Source: Naegleria gruberi (taxonomy: Eukaryota). Taken from it: a DNA stretch of 64,000 nt. A model generated the notes under the pieces. It saw only the letters and a list, made by a program, of their open reading frames with translations, made no database searches and was not told the origin of the DNA. Shown here one piece after another: positions 1-11,700 of this stretch (position 1 is its first letter; each line of letters opens with the position of its first letter). The stretch is taken from NCBI GenBank assembly GCA_000004985.1, contig GG738926.1. The stretch is one strand, 5' to 3'. Position numbers and translations under genes: made by a program.

Positions 1-1368
1 AATTTTACCAAGTACCATATCTGAATCGAATGGAATGTGTAAATCAGTATAAACTGTATGGATGAAACGTGTTGATTTCTCACCAGTTCCAAAGAACATG
101 TAATTGAAGAGAATTTCAGCATCAACTCTATGTTCCTTATTCTTTCTCAAATCTTCTTCAATTTTGCAAGTGTGGCCAATATTCATATAACAATTGACAC
201 TTTCATCATAAATTGAAGTCATGGTGTGAGGTAAATCTCTATTCTTGAATAAACTCAAGTTCATTAAAATTCCCAATTCACCAATTTGAAGAGCCAGTGG
301 TGGATGTTCAGTGGTGTAAATGTTATCTCTATGGTCGTATGCTAAATGATGTGATTTGAGCAAATCATTGGAAGTCTTATTACATGGTGAAATGTATTTC
401 AATAATTTAAAATCATCCATTAAGGTGTTATCCAATTTGAAACGAGTATTCATATCACAATATGTTGTCCAAACATCTTTAACTGAATATGGCAGATGCA
501 TTACAATCTTGAACAGTTTCATTCCCTTCATTCTATCCTGACCTATCGAATAGGATGTTTTTGAGACGAATGTTTGCAGTGGATTTGGCTTTTCATGATA
601 GGAAAGTTCTTTCCAATCAGGTGTGTCTTCACTCAACGTATAGGCAAAGAAAATGTCCTTCTCTGTCATGAGTTGAGATTGAAAATCTTTTGGTTTGAAT
701 CGAATATCAACATTGTAACCATTAGAAACATTAATGGCAATAGTTCTTGTGTAATCTTTACCCTTCTTTGATAAAAACTTGTGTAATGTAGCAGATCTTA
801 CATATCTCGGAAATTGGTCATAACTGTTATTCATTAAATTATTATACATCATTGTAAATAAAATTGTAAACTATTTAACAACTCACCTCAAATCCAACAT
901 TACTTGATATTCAACCTTTCCAAACAATGCATGTGGTTCCAAATAATCAATCATCAACATGACATAATATTCATAATGATTATTATTCGAATCATTAACC
1001 TTCTCCAAACAATTTGTTACATTCTCCCACATGTTCAATGTAGAATCAATTACAACCTGACTCAAATTCAATCCCTTCGGTCCATTGCCAAAATATGTAC
1101 TAATTATTTGCTTGGCAACACTCACTAGATGGAGCACCTTCTTTACACATTCATTCTCCTTCCTCTCAACACCACCATTAGAAACTACCAACAGATTATC
1201 TTTAGTCTTGTGATAATCCAACTTGTAATGATCGAGAGAATTGAGAAAGAGCAATGGTTCATCATTGTGTTGAAATCTGAGAAATTCTATAAAGTTTTCA
1301 CGTGCCTCTGGTGCTTTCATCACCTCCTCAAATACAACTGCATAGTGAGCAGGAATAAACTTTGACAT
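1..1368 (-). CDS. RGS (regulator of G-protein signalling) domain protein, 2 exons: 1368..887 and 823..<1 (3' partial, runs off the window)
   Basis: ORF 883..1440 carries an RGS-like core (ARENFIEFLRFQHNDEPLLFLNSLDHYKL ... IISTYFGNGPKGLNLSQVVIDSTL). The ORF-track start is GTG; the real ATG (MSKF) is at 1368 after an A-run. A GTGAGT donor at 886 and an AACAG acceptor at 824 give a 63-nt AT-rich intron that joins in frame to an open minus-strand frame 823..1 (MMYNNLMNNSYDQFPRYVRS...FGTGEKSTRF...) with no stop before the window edge. The alternative, two genes 30 nt apart, is implausible. Confidence 0.6.
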
Positions 1369-2331
1369 TTTTTGTTGTCGTTTCGTTATCGACGTCGTGG
1401 TTATTAGAAGAAGATAATCTGCTGCATTTGATGGGTTCACTGAATTTTTGTTCTCTATTAGAAAGGTTAATCTCTAAATGGTGTATCCATTACAATCTAA
1501 TGATAATTTAGCTTCGCAAAATACAATAACAATATTTGACCATTAATATCCAGGTGTTTCTCTTTAGAATGTATGTCTCGTAAAGTCTTCAACACGATGA
1601 ATTGTGCTGTTAAGACGGCAGCAGTCTGGACATAAGATGATTTTTGGTTCTTAGATTGTAATGTATGAAATTCTCATGTAAATCTTAAAAAGGTTCGTGT
1701 CGGACCTGATTGGGTTATTCAGGTTTATCTTCGTGATAGAGATTACAATGAATTTGTTATCAAAAAAGACAAATATTAATTAAAATATTATTTGATGAGT
1801 AAGCTTCATCTCTGTTTGTTGCGGTTAAAGTTATCGTTAGTTTTTTTGATTAAATTTTTTAAAATAAAATAATTATTGAAAAAATTACTCTCCTTTCAAC
1901 ATGACACCATGGTTGGAGCAATGAAATTTTAGTAACAGTTTTTACAAAGACTTCCTTTAATTAAATTTTTCTTTGATTCAGCTCCGGTGTGTTTGTTGAT
2001 TAAATCTCTGCATGAAGAAAACCATCAACTAACGAAAACATTTACCAAACAATAATAAAAAATGTACAACATTTTCCTACTCTGTGTTGGCATTATTTCT
2101 TGATGAATTATTACACACTCTAAGGCTGATAGTTACATCTTATCGGAGGAAAGATATTTTGTTCATTATTCCTCACAACATTTAGCCAAGACAATGTAGT
2201 AACAAAAAACAATTTGTACCAACTCTCTCGATTGTTGAATATTCCAAGATGATTCACTGAAGTTTACCATCTTCTCAATGTCATCATCCATATTCACTGC
2301 CAACTATCAGCTGTAGAACTTTCAGAAAAAA

Positions 2332-5300
2332 ATGGTCATTCGTACAGAATCTTCAACGTCTCTGTCGAGTGTATTACACGAAACATCATCCACCAATGGA
2401 TCAGTTTCCAATAGCACATCTAGTAGTGCTTCTTCATCATCCTTCACAAATACAAGTAATACACTCAGATATGGTGATATTATTTCATTGGCTATTTACT
2501 TTAATCCAACCATTCAATCATCACAACAACAACAACAAACAATTTCATCATCATCCTTTGATAAATTAAATAATTCAATGATGGATATTTTACATGATAG
2601 AAATTCTACTACAACACCATCAACACCAACTTCCAACTCTCCATTTCCATCATCACCATCCGCACCTACTACCACTACAACAACAACAAGCCTTGAACAA
2701 ATTGTTGGGTTTTTATCGATAAAGGGTTTACCTGGTCATACAAGATGTGGTCTATCTGTTGATGAATCAATTTTAAAGTCTTTTGACAATTCATTGTTTA
2801 TGGTCTGTCAAGGAGATACTTATACAGCAAGAAAAAAGTTTAACAAATTTCAAAGTCATCTTCAAAGTTTACAAAATTCCAATAATAATGGTGCTGTCAA
2901 TCATGTTAATAGTACTAATAATTTGAATGCTAGTAGTTATAGTTTTGGATCTTCATTTAAAAATCAACAAGTTAATACTAATAACAAACAACAAGTAATG
3001 ATTAATAATTTAAATTATCAAAATCAGTTAAATGAATTGAAGGAACGTATGAATCGTGAAGATCAGGAAAATACAATTGAAAAGGAAAGATCGTGGGGTA
3101 AACCTATACTTTATGGTCAACGTATTCAATTGTATCATATCAAATCTGGCATGTATTTAAATGTACTGAGATCGAATGCTGATTTGGAAAAATCTTCATT
3201 GAAATTATCTTTGAGTGAAGGTGATAGAATGTGTCATTTTCAATTTGCTCCACACTTTAAATTCAGAACAGAAGGAGAACCAATTCGTTTGACTGATAAG
3301 GTTATTATTATGAATGAAAAAACCAAACATTCTGTTCACATTTCACACTACAAGTATGTGAGACCAATTATTGTTAGAGATTTTGATAGATATGAAGTGA
3401 ATGCTAGTAGTCATCCTGGTGATAATATTTGGATTTTAAGATTGTACAGATCATACCTTCCTATGGATCAATTATTTATCAAGGGAGGCGATACAATTCG
3501 TATTGTACATCGTGACTTGTTGGGTGCTCTCTATCATCCAACTCCTTCTATTGAGAATACATCTGCTACTGTAGTTTCAACACCAACAACATCTTCAGAC
3601 GAAAGTTGTTCACTCAACTTGAATGGTAAATATAGTAGCTCTAGTATTACTACTCTATTCCAAATTGAAGGTCTTGATAGTTCGAGAGGTGGAATCATGT
3701 ACTATGCAACTCCTTGTAGATTTAAACACGTTTCTACAGGTAAATATATTGCTGCTAAACAAGTCGAAGTTCCTGATATTGAAGGAAACTCAGGTTCTCT
3801 TATTGGAAATAGTAACAACAATACAGCAACTACTACTGGTGCCACCAATAATACTGCCACATCAACCAATACAGTAAGTGCAGCTAGAAGTGGTTGGAGA
3901 AATTTACGTCGTCGTGTTAAAATCAAATTGAAATTAGTCTTGACAGATAATCCTAGAGATGAAGCTAGTGTATTCTATTTGTACTCTTCCGAGAATTCTA
4001 ATCAATTCACAACTTCTGATCCAATTCTTGGCCAAAGTTTACTTCGTATCAAACATGCTCAATCCAATACATGGCTCAGAGCCAACGATTTGAGTAACAA
4101 GATTACTTTTAATAATAGCAATAACAATAGTAATAACTTGATGGAATTATGGTTTGACTTGATTCAAAGAGAAAAAGACGTATTTTCAATGGAACATGTT
4201 AATAATACTTTCCAAATTAACTTGATCAAGGAAATTTATCCAATTCTAACAAATTTTGATATTAATTCTCATTATCAAAGAAATGACATTGACATTTTGT
4301 TGAATGCTCTCAAGTTAGTCATTTATTTATGTACAGATTCGATACAAGAAGATCCATTGAAACGTGAAGGGTCTCCTCATACTGAAATTCAGAACCACTT
4401 TAAAGAAATGAATATTATTGATGCCATCTTTACAATTATAGATTTATTAGATAACAATAACAATGCTATCAAAATGACAAGCACCCCTAGAGACTCATCT
4501 CCAATGTTACGTCGTTCTAGTATGCTGACTGATAACAATGAAACAACTGTATATAGTACGAGATTTAATAGTATTCTTGTACAAATGTGCTACAGAGCCA
4601 TTAAGCAATTGGCTAAACAAAATATTGTCAACTGTACACATGTGCTAAATAAGTATTTTACAACCATGCAAGATCACTTGTCGAGAGACGTTGGAGGTCA
4701 AGAGGTTTCTAATGCTCTTGTTGAAATTATTCACAACAATATGGAAGTTTTGGAACAAATTCCTAGTGAGAAGATTAATCACTTTTTCAAATTGATTACC
4801 ACTAGACAAAAGAAACCACTTTTTGTTTCCTTTTTGTCTAATCTGTGTAGATGTGGAGAAAGACCGGTTACAAAGAATCAAAAACATCTTGTCATGCTTC
4901 TTTCTGAAATTGATTGTAGAAACGTTTTCTATCTTCCAGAATATGATGATAGAGATGGTAAAATTTATGTTTACTGCAATGATGTGGATTCTATTGAATC
5001 TGAATCTCAAGTAGCAATAGATGAAGGAGTTACAGTCATTGATGAAACCAAAAAGGCAGAGCGTATTCTCTTGTCGGAACTTTCATCATACAATAACCAA
5101 ATGTTTAGAATTTTAATAGAAGGACTAAGCTTGTTATCTTCTTTATGTGTTGGTAGACATTTGGCAGGTATTAACTATGTTTCTGAATTATTACCATTGG
5201 ACTTGGTTATGGGAGTTGTTGAAAACGAATCTTATGGTATTGAGTTGAGAAGTGCCATGTGTGAAATCTTAGAATACTGTTTCCTTGATAACACCTCAAC

Positions 5301-8300
5301 TGGTGAGTGGCCTGCAATTAACCTGAGTCGTCCACTCGATCATGGCAATGCAAGAGAGGGAGCTAGAAATACCCAAACATCATCTAATAAGAAGGGTCAA
5401 GTTGAATTTGTTGACTATAGAAATAGATTTAAATCATTGAGATTATTTTTAATTGAATTCTTCCAAGCCAGTAAGAATTATCAATTAGAAGCAGAAAGAA
5501 CACCACTCATTTACAATTTAGTCAAAATCAGCTACAAATGCCTAATTTACCGTATTTTTAATCCATATGGCAACGATAGCGATTCACTCCAATTAAAGGC
5601 TAAGCTGGAACCAACTAATGCACCAATGTCTAACTCTGAAAGCTTTAAACTAATTGTAGAAGGTCAGGATGAGTACTTGTACTCCATGAAGGAAATGGAA
5701 GAATTCTTTAGTGCTTTATTGAAGACTCTTGATTCAACCAATGATAAGGGTGATAGAGCTACCATGTTTGATGACATTGAACAAAATTTAAATACCATGA
5801 AGATTAAGAAGAAGATTCTTGATATTTTCCTCTATGCTATGGATTTAAGAATTGACTATAGAATTTCTCTTATTATTACTGCCTACAATGCAAGAAACAA
5901 GATACTTATCACAGAAAATCAATTGAATGAATTCATCAAGAAAACAATTTATCAACCTGTTAACTTTTTCCAATTTGATAATGACAGCAGTGGCTCATAC
6001 AAGAACTTTGCATTCCCACTTTTAATTTTATTTAAATATCAAAATAGAGAAATTCCAGAAACAGCTTTGAAACTTTTGCAAAGATCTTTCAATCAAGCTA
6101 AGGAATTGAAAGAAAATTTACAAAAGGTTTCAATTTTAATTTCACAAAAATCAAGAAAGGCTTATCAATTGATTTATGCACTCTTTAATAGAATTCAAGT
6201 TCTTGTTTCTACAAGTACCTTCACCGGAGGTGATACATCTCCTGATTTTACCCTATTCAAAGACACTTGCTCTCAGTTAGGAAAATTAATGAAGGAAATT
6301 AAGGGTACGAAATCAGCATTCCGTAATCTTGGAGGCCATGAGCTTATCCTAAAGTGTTTGAGTACTTCATATCCTCAATACATCAAGGATAGGTTGAGTT
6401 TGTGCTGTATTGAATTGTTGACCGAGTTTGTAAGAGGGGACCAGAAGAATCAATTGGAACTCTTTAGAGAATTCAGATTCTTATTGGAAATCATGTCAAA
6501 TCAACTGGATACAACCGAGTTGTTGACAGAAATAGTACGTGAAAATGATCAAATCTTACTTTCAATGATCGACCCATTACTGATTAAATTATACTTGGAA
6601 AAAATAATATCAGTAGGTGCCAAGTCCTATCATTTAAACTTTTTACGTATCTTGACATGTGACTCTATGGGACATTCAATTCCTGCCAATCAAAACGAAA
6701 TTATTAATAATTTGAAAGAAGATTACCGTTCAATGATTGTTCTCTATAATGAAGAAGACTCAATGAAGGAACGTGAACGAATGATCAAAAATAATGACCA
6801 TCTTATTATTGGATCTGATTTGAATTACCATATTAACCTTTTATATTTGTTGAGAGATTGTACTCGTGACAAGGTTGGTCTTGCTGAAGGATCTGTACAG
6901 GCTATTTTACCATTCTCTGAGATGTTGTCTCATTTGACTGACTGTTATCTTATTCCTCCAGTTAGAGATCCAATGATGAAACTTTTGACAGAGTTGTACT
7001 TTATTACTGAAAAAGAGTCCACTCAAGATTTGTCTGATGTTAAAATTTGGAAACTTTTCCAAAAAATCAATGTTGAAATATCAACTTGGCTTCAAAATGA
7101 TGGTTGTATGAGATATCCAAAGGAATTTGAAGATGCATACTATTCTAAATATCCAGGAACAGAGATTCGAACTGTTTCAACTAATAACACAAATCAATCA
7201 AATTCTGATGAAACTAACAGTGAGGAGGTATTCAAGCGTGCATTCTTCAATGGATCTGATGAAGAAATATTTGTCAATGATATTTACATTTTCAAAGTTT
7301 TACTTCCTTTCATTGAAAGCTTCTTTGAAATGGTTTTCAATAAGGATGTTAAAAAAATGTTGTTGCAAAAGGAAAATAAGGAAGAAATCAAGACCATTAT
7401 TTATGATTTATTGAATAATATCACCCAAATTTACCTACATTGCTCATCCCATCGTGAAGATGTCAAGAGATGCCACATGTCCATTCAAAAGATTATGATA
7501 ACATCCGACATTGATGTGGACAGCAAATTCAAGCAACTTACCAAATTGGCTTTGGCTAAATCATCTACTGCCATGATGATCAAACAAGAATCTAATAAGG
7601 TTATGAAGCAAAAATATGCTGTTAAGAATATTGAAGAAGATTTCTTGCTCAAATACAAGAATTTCCTTGAAGAACTTGAAAAGAAAGGATTCTTCAAAGA
7701 GAAGGAACAATCTGATTTACCAAAGTTTGCTCAATTGCTGCAATCACATATTGAAGAATACTTACCAAGACTTGTTATGGTTCTTAAAATAATGATTGAA
7801 AATGGCGTCACAAGAGAAATGCAAGAAACATTCTTGGATTCAATTTCTACAATTGGTGCCATAGTACAACAGTACAATGCCAAGGAGGATTATAACTTCT
7901 CTGTACAACATTCCATTCCTGAATTGGTTCTCTTTTTGATTTGTTCAAGCAATAATGTATTTTCCAAACATGGTTTGGAGTTGGGAATTTCAACACTTGA
8001 TGGTGGTAATATTGAAAATCAACAACTTTATAATCGTCTCTTGAGAAGTGGAAATTATGAAAATTTCTTTGTGTCTATCAAGAACAAGATTAAACAATCC
8101 ATCTTGGAAGAAAAAGAAATGAGGAAGAGAGGAGCAACAAAATTGACAACCGAGTTGACATCCTATGCATGGGAGGTTTTAAGATTCTTACAATTGTTGT
8201 GTGAAGGTCACAACTTGGAGAATCAGCAAATGTTGCAAGATCAATCATCATTCAACAGAATGAGTATTGATCTTGTCAGTGAGTGCATAGAATATGTGAT

Positions 8301-10665
8301 CCACTTGTTCAAATATCTCAGTGCTTCCAACATTGACAAGGTTATTCAGGCCTTCAACTCTTTGAATGAATTTGTTCAGGGTCCTTGTGAACAGTCAATC
8401 CGTACTCTTTCATACTCATCAGGTTTATTTACAGTATTTAATGACATTGTTGAAAATGATATCATGATTGACAAGTCTTTACAAACTGAACCAACTGGAG
8501 CTTCTTTTGCAATGCATCAGTCACGTTCCACTTTCCTTCTCAAACATCAATCTATGGCTAATCAAAATGCTAATCTGAAAGCTGTAGAATTGGTGGATCA
8601 CATTACACTTAAGAAGGAAATGAACTTGTTAAAGACAGCCATTATCACACTTACAAGTATGTTGGAAGGAGGAAATAGATTGGCCAAGAGAATGGAAAGA
8701 AAATATCTCAACATCGAGCCTCTTATCGAACGTATGGAACAATGTGCTGATATGTGTATGCAAATGTCGTTCATTCAAAGTTTGATCATCAAAAGAAGAG
8801 AATTTAAAAAGTTTTCATCTGGAATTTTTGAACAATTCAGAGCTAACAAATCAAATATGGATCAAATGTTGTCATCAAAACTCAGCAAAGATTTTGGACA
8901 ACTACCAATAGAAAAGAAGCTCAAGTACTCAAATGATGTCAACCAGTATATCAGCAGGATGAAAGAATATGTTATTGAAGAATGTGAAGAGATAGGAACT
9001 AGTATTTACATACTTCTTAAATATTTAAATATTGAGATGGCAGATAGTTTTGAAGATGAGGACAGTGTTAGAAGAACTATAGTTTATCAATATTATCAAA
9101 GCTTGACAGGAAGTATCGAAATTATCCGTGATTCTAATATTGAAATTGTTAACTTTAAAAAGCCACACATGTGTCATAATTTATTGGAACAAACGAAGGA
9201 TGAGTTTGTACAACAATGTAATCGTGAAACAGCACAAACCAAAGTTGCAGATCTCTATGAATGGACCTATACTGTATTCTATACTGAAATGTTGCATTTA
9301 GAAAGGTATAGACAGAATGCAAATGGTTGGGAATCAAAAACTTGGAGATTTTTGGAAAATTACTGGAAGTATATGAAGAATTTATCCTTCCTTTTCTCTC
9401 TTTGTATTAATATTATTGTGCTCATATCTTTCCACAAGAAGTATGATGTATTCTCTGGAAATCTACCTATTCCTGGACAAAGTTATGGAGATAAAGGAAT
9501 TGATGGCATGATTATTACCCAAGGATTCAAGTGGTGGGGTGTTGGTATATTGGTTATTGTGTTAGGTATAATTCAGCTCATCACAACTCTATTACTGATA
9601 TTAATTTATTTGAGATTCTTCCTATTATTGAATGTGAAAAAGAAATTTGAACTAAAGAAAGGAGAAACATGGGAAGATGCTAAAACGAAGGATGACTTTA
9701 AGAAGAAGCTAATAATTAACATTCTCTCTGATAAGTACCTCTGGTGGTTGATTATTTACTTCTTGATTTCACTGATTGGTCTGTTTGTTACTCCACTGGT
9801 TTATTGTCTCCAGTTGTTTGAAGTAGTTACTTTGAGCCATGTTTTGCAAGATATTGTATTTTCAATTTTTGAAAACAGGAAGAAATTCTTCTTGTTCTCA
9901 ATCCTTACCATTTTCTCTCTGACTGCCTATGCTTTTACAGTATTTGCCTTCAAATGGGAGCAATGGATTATTGGCACAACGAATGCGTGTTCCAATACCA
10001 TACTGTGTTTTGCCACCACAATCAATTACAGTGTTAGAGCTGAAGCCTTCTTGGAAAATATTATGGACCCTCAACCGAATGACGTATTCAGATTCTTTAT
10101 GGATATTGTTTTCTACTTTATTGTAGTAGTTATTTTGTTGGATGTCTTGTTTGGTTTGATTTTGGACTCTTTCAGCGAACGTCGTGAAGCTCGTAACAAA
10201 TTGGAAAAGGAAAAGAAGGAGATTTGCTTTATTTGCCATAATGAAAAGAGTAGATTTGATATTCATGCCAATGAAGGTATCAACTTTGAAACTCACATTA
10301 TGAATGAGCATAACATGTGGAATTATGTCTATTTCCTCATTTACCTTTCCCAAAAACCACGTGATGAATATACTGGTACTGAGCAATATGTAGAATTGAA
10401 TGCAGCTAAATTATCATTCTTCCCAACCTTGAGAAGTAGAACTCTTGAATTGGTAGAAAGTGGATTATTGATGGAAGAAAAGTTACAACCTGACCATACA
10501 TCCTCCTCTGCTGATTCTGATGATGAGGATGAAAATGATTCTCATGACAACAGAGCAGATTTTGACATTTCTCAAACGCAATCAAAGAAGGGATCACTTA
10601 CAAAGATGAATGATGACTTTGAATCTATGATTAACAATAAGGATAGTTTGTTATTGTACATTTAA
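2332..10665 (+). CDS. iplA-like: Inositol 1,4,5-trisphosphate receptor-like Ca2+ release channel (IP3R/RyR family), single exon, 2777 aa
   Basis: Continuous 8.3-kb ORF. N-terminal ligand-binding/MIR-like region, long helical RIH-like central part, C-terminal multi-TM channel region followed by the family-specific CFICHNEKSRFD...FETHIMNEHNMWNYVYFLIYL motif (compare IP3R CFICGLERDKFD...EHNMWHYLCFIVL). Real ATG in aaaaaaATG context. Confidence 0.92.
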   Translation: MVIRTESSTSLSSVLHETSSTNGSVSNSTSSSASSSSFTNTSNTLRYGDIISLAIYFNPTIQSSQQQQQTISSSSFDKLNNSMMDILHDRNSTTTPSTPTSNSPFPSSPSAPTTTTTTTSLEQIVGFLSIKGLPGHTRCGLSVDESILKSFDNSLFMVCQGDTYTARKKFNKFQSHLQSLQNSNNNGAVNHVNSTNNLNASSYSFGSSFKNQQVNTNNKQQVMINNLNYQNQLNELKERMNREDQENTIEKERSWGKPILYGQRIQLYHIKSGMYLNVLRSNADLEKSSLKLSLSEGDRMCHFQFAPHFKFRTEGEPIRLTDKVIIMNEKTKHSVHISHYKYVRPIIVRDFDRYEVNASSHPGDNIWILRLYRSYLPMDQLFIKGGDTIRIVHRDLLGALYHPTPSIENTSATVVSTPTTSSDESCSLNLNGKYSSSSITTLFQIEGLDSSRGGIMYYATPCRFKHVSTGKYIAAKQVEVPDIEGNSGSLIGNSNNNTATTTGATNNTATSTNTVSAARSGWRNLRRRVKIKLKLVLTDNPRDEASVFYLYSSENSNQFTTSDPILGQSLLRIKHAQSNTWLRANDLSNKITFNNSNNNSNNLMELWFDLIQREKDVFSMEHVNNTFQINLIKEIYPILTNFDINSHYQRNDIDILLNALKLVIYLCTDSIQEDPLKREGSPHTEIQNHFKEMNIIDAIFTIIDLLDNNNNAIKMTSTPRDSSPMLRRSSMLTDNNETTVYSTRFNSILVQMCYRAIKQLAKQNIVNCTHVLNKYFTTMQDHLSRDVGGQEVSNALVEIIHNNMEVLEQIPSEKINHFFKLITTRQKKPLFVSFLSNLCRCGERPVTKNQKHLVMLLSEIDCRNVFYLPEYDDRDGKIYVYCNDVDSIESESQVAIDEGVTVIDETKKAERILLSELSSYNNQMFRILIEGLSLLSSLCVGRHLAGINYVSELLPLDLVMGVVENESYGIELRSAMCEILEYCFLDNTSTGEWPAINLSRPLDHGNAREGARNTQTSSNKKGQVEFVDYRNRFKSLRLFLIEFFQASKNYQLEAERTPLIYNLVKISYKCLIYRIFNPYGNDSDSLQLKAKLEPTNAPMSNSESFKLIVEGQDEYLYSMKEMEEFFSALLKTLDSTNDKGDRATMFDDIEQNLNTMKIKKKILDIFLYAMDLRIDYRISLIITAYNARNKILITENQLNEFIKKTIYQPVNFFQFDNDSSGSYKNFAFPLLILFKYQNREIPETALKLLQRSFNQAKELKENLQKVSILISQKSRKAYQLIYALFNRIQVLVSTSTFTGGDTSPDFTLFKDTCSQLGKLMKEIKGTKSAFRNLGGHELILKCLSTSYPQYIKDRLSLCCIELLTEFVRGDQKNQLELFREFRFLLEIMSNQLDTTELLTEIVRENDQILLSMIDPLLIKLYLEKIISVGAKSYHLNFLRILTCDSMGHSIPANQNEIINNLKEDYRSMIVLYNEEDSMKERERMIKNNDHLIIGSDLNYHINLLYLLRDCTRDKVGLAEGSVQAILPFSEMLSHLTDCYLIPPVRDPMMKLLTELYFITEKESTQDLSDVKIWKLFQKINVEISTWLQNDGCMRYPKEFEDAYYSKYPGTEIRTVSTNNTNQSNSDETNSEEVFKRAFFNGSDEEIFVNDIYIFKVLLPFIESFFEMVFNKDVKKMLLQKENKEEIKTIIYDLLNNITQIYLHCSSHREDVKRCHMSIQKIMITSDIDVDSKFKQLTKLALAKSSTAMMIKQESNKVMKQKYAVKNIEEDFLLKYKNFLEELEKKGFFKEKEQSDLPKFAQLLQSHIEEYLPRLVMVLKIMIENGVTREMQETFLDSISTIGAIVQQYNAKEDYNFSVQHSIPELVLFLICSSNNVFSKHGLELGISTLDGGNIENQQLYNRLLRSGNYENFFVSIKNKIKQSILEEKEMRKRGATKLTTELTSYAWEVLRFLQLLCEGHNLENQQMLQDQSSFNRMSIDLVSECIEYVIHLFKYLSASNIDKVIQAFNSLNEFVQGPCEQSIRTLSYSSGLFTVFNDIVENDIMIDKSLQTEPTGASFAMHQSRSTFLLKHQSMANQNANLKAVELVDHITLKKEMNLLKTAIITLTSMLEGGNRLAKRMERKYLNIEPLIERMEQCADMCMQMSFIQSLIIKRREFKKFSSGIFEQFRANKSNMDQMLSSKLSKDFGQLPIEKKLKYSNDVNQYISRMKEYVIEECEEIGTSIYILLKYLNIEMADSFEDEDSVRRTIVYQYYQSLTGSIEIIRDSNIEIVNFKKPHMCHNLLEQTKDEFVQQCNRETAQTKVADLYEWTYTVFYTEMLHLERYRQNANGWESKTWRFLENYWKYMKNLSFLFSLCINIIVLISFHKKYDVFSGNLPIPGQSYGDKGIDGMIITQGFKWWGVGILVIVLGIIQLITTLLLILIYLRFFLLLNVKKKFELKKGETWEDAKTKDDFKKKLIINILSDKYLWWLIIYFLISLIGLFVTPLVYCLQLFEVVTLSHVLQDIVFSIFENRKKFFLFSILTIFSLTAYAFTVFAFKWEQWIIGTTNACSNTILCFATTINYSVRAEAFLENIMDPQPNDVFRFFMDIVFYFIVVVILLDVLFGLILDSFSERREARNKLEKEKKEICFICHNEKSRFDIHANEGINFETHIMNEHNMWNYVYFLIYLSQKPRDEYTGTEQYVELNAAKLSFFPTLRSRTLELVESGLLMEEKLQPDHTSSSADSDDEDENDSHDNRADFDISQTQSKKGSLTKMNDDFESMINNKDSLLLYI

Positions 10666-10683
10666 TAAATCCAATAAACCGGT

Positions 10684-11661
10684 TTATTTGCAAGAAAAAC
10701 AAGAACATGCTGGTATTATTTGGGAAGAACTGACACAATGGTCAATTTTGACAAGCGTGGAGGTGCTGATTTGTTCTGGAAAGTCAAATTGCACATTTCT
10801 CTTTACCCTCTTGTAAACAGCATTGGATTTAATAAACTCTTTGATATTTTGTGAATTACTAGTATTCATGTGATATTCAATTTTGATAAATTCAATGGCT
10901 TTCAGGTAGTTCTCTGTTGCATTATCGTAAGATTTATGACTGGTGCAAAATTCTCCAAAGAGTGAGAAAACTTCTTGTAAGTGTCTATAACATTGTATCT
11001 TGGAGGTGGTTGTGTCAAAATTGTCATTACTCAAAGCTTGTTTAAAGTAATTTATCGATTTTTCAAAAACGTGAGACTTGGTCAAAAGGGTTTTGGTTTC
11101 ACTAGCATTTTCGGAATTGATGTAAACTGTTTCTATATATCCAAACTCATCAATGTTTAATTTACTAAATATTGTAAATAAACAAACTCCAATAGTATCA
11201 CAAGTATGTGATTTAAATGATGTCGAGTCTCCTATTTCTATTAAATATTTAAATAAATCTATTAAATGTGTATAATTCACATAAATATCTTCCGAATCCA
11301 TTAGTGCTTGATCAATAGATACTATTCCGAACTTGTGATAAATATTCATAGTCCTATGCATAAAATCAAAATAAACATTCTTAAATTCCAACAATCTATT
11401 TAACACCTTCAACATTAAAACAATATTTTGATAATGCTCGGCTTGTTCAAATAAATTTAAAAGCTCCACTTCATTACATTCACTAATATCACCCAGTAAA
11501 CGACTCGATTTTTTCAATGATTTTCTTGGTGGTACAACCTGAGCCTTCGGAGGAGATGCTGTAATTTCCTTCACCTCCTGTTCTTCATCATCAGTTTTCT
11601 TCTTCAATTGTTTAATGCTGATCGGAGAAAAACTGGTCGAGGCTTCTTCATTGTTGTTCAT
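10684..11661 (-). CDS. hypothetical protein (325 aa), no recognisable domain
   Basis: Complete ORF with ATG in aaaaaaaATG context. Convergent with the IP3R gene, stop codons 18 bp apart. Confidence 0.55.
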   Translation of the reverse strand: MNNNEEASTSFSPISIKQLKKKTDDEEQEVKEITASPPKAQVVPPRKSLKKSSRLLGDISECNEVELLNLFEQAEHYQNIVLMLKVLNRLLEFKNVYFDFMHRTMNIYHKFGIVSIDQALMDSEDIYVNYTHLIDLFKYLIEIGDSTSFKSHTCDTIGVCLFTIFSKLNIDEFGYIETVYINSENASETKTLLTKSHVFEKSINYFKQALSNDNFDTTTSKIQCYRHLQEVFSLFGEFCTSHKSYDNATENYLKAIEFIKIEYHMNTSNSQNIKEFIKSNAVYKRVKRNVQFDFPEQISTSTLVKIDHCVSSSQIIPACSCFSCK

Positions 11662-11690
11662 TTTTTTTGATTATTATTTGGAAATGAAAA

Positions 11691-11700
11691 ATGGCGCCAT
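11691..11700. promoter_or_regulatory. palindrome ATGGCGCCAT (E2F-like core), 30 bp upstream of gene 10684..11661
   Basis: Same GGCGCC core motif. A further copy GAGCGCCAAAA sits at 19071..19083 in the 18905/19149 divergent promoter. Confidence 0.25.

Noticed and set aside
1-852. Possible START/Bet v1-like lipid-binding identity for the C-terminal domain of the RGS gene
   Set aside because: I could not align any START hallmark from sequence alone. Left as an uncharacterised domain.
3623-3926. Small ORFs nested inside the IP3R gene (3623..3877 +, 3702..3926 -), and similar nested ORFs inside GlnRS, the formin and the NTase gene
   Set aside because: Alternative-frame or antisense ORFs inside long, well-supported coding regions. 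Eukaryotic context makes overlapping genes very unlikely.
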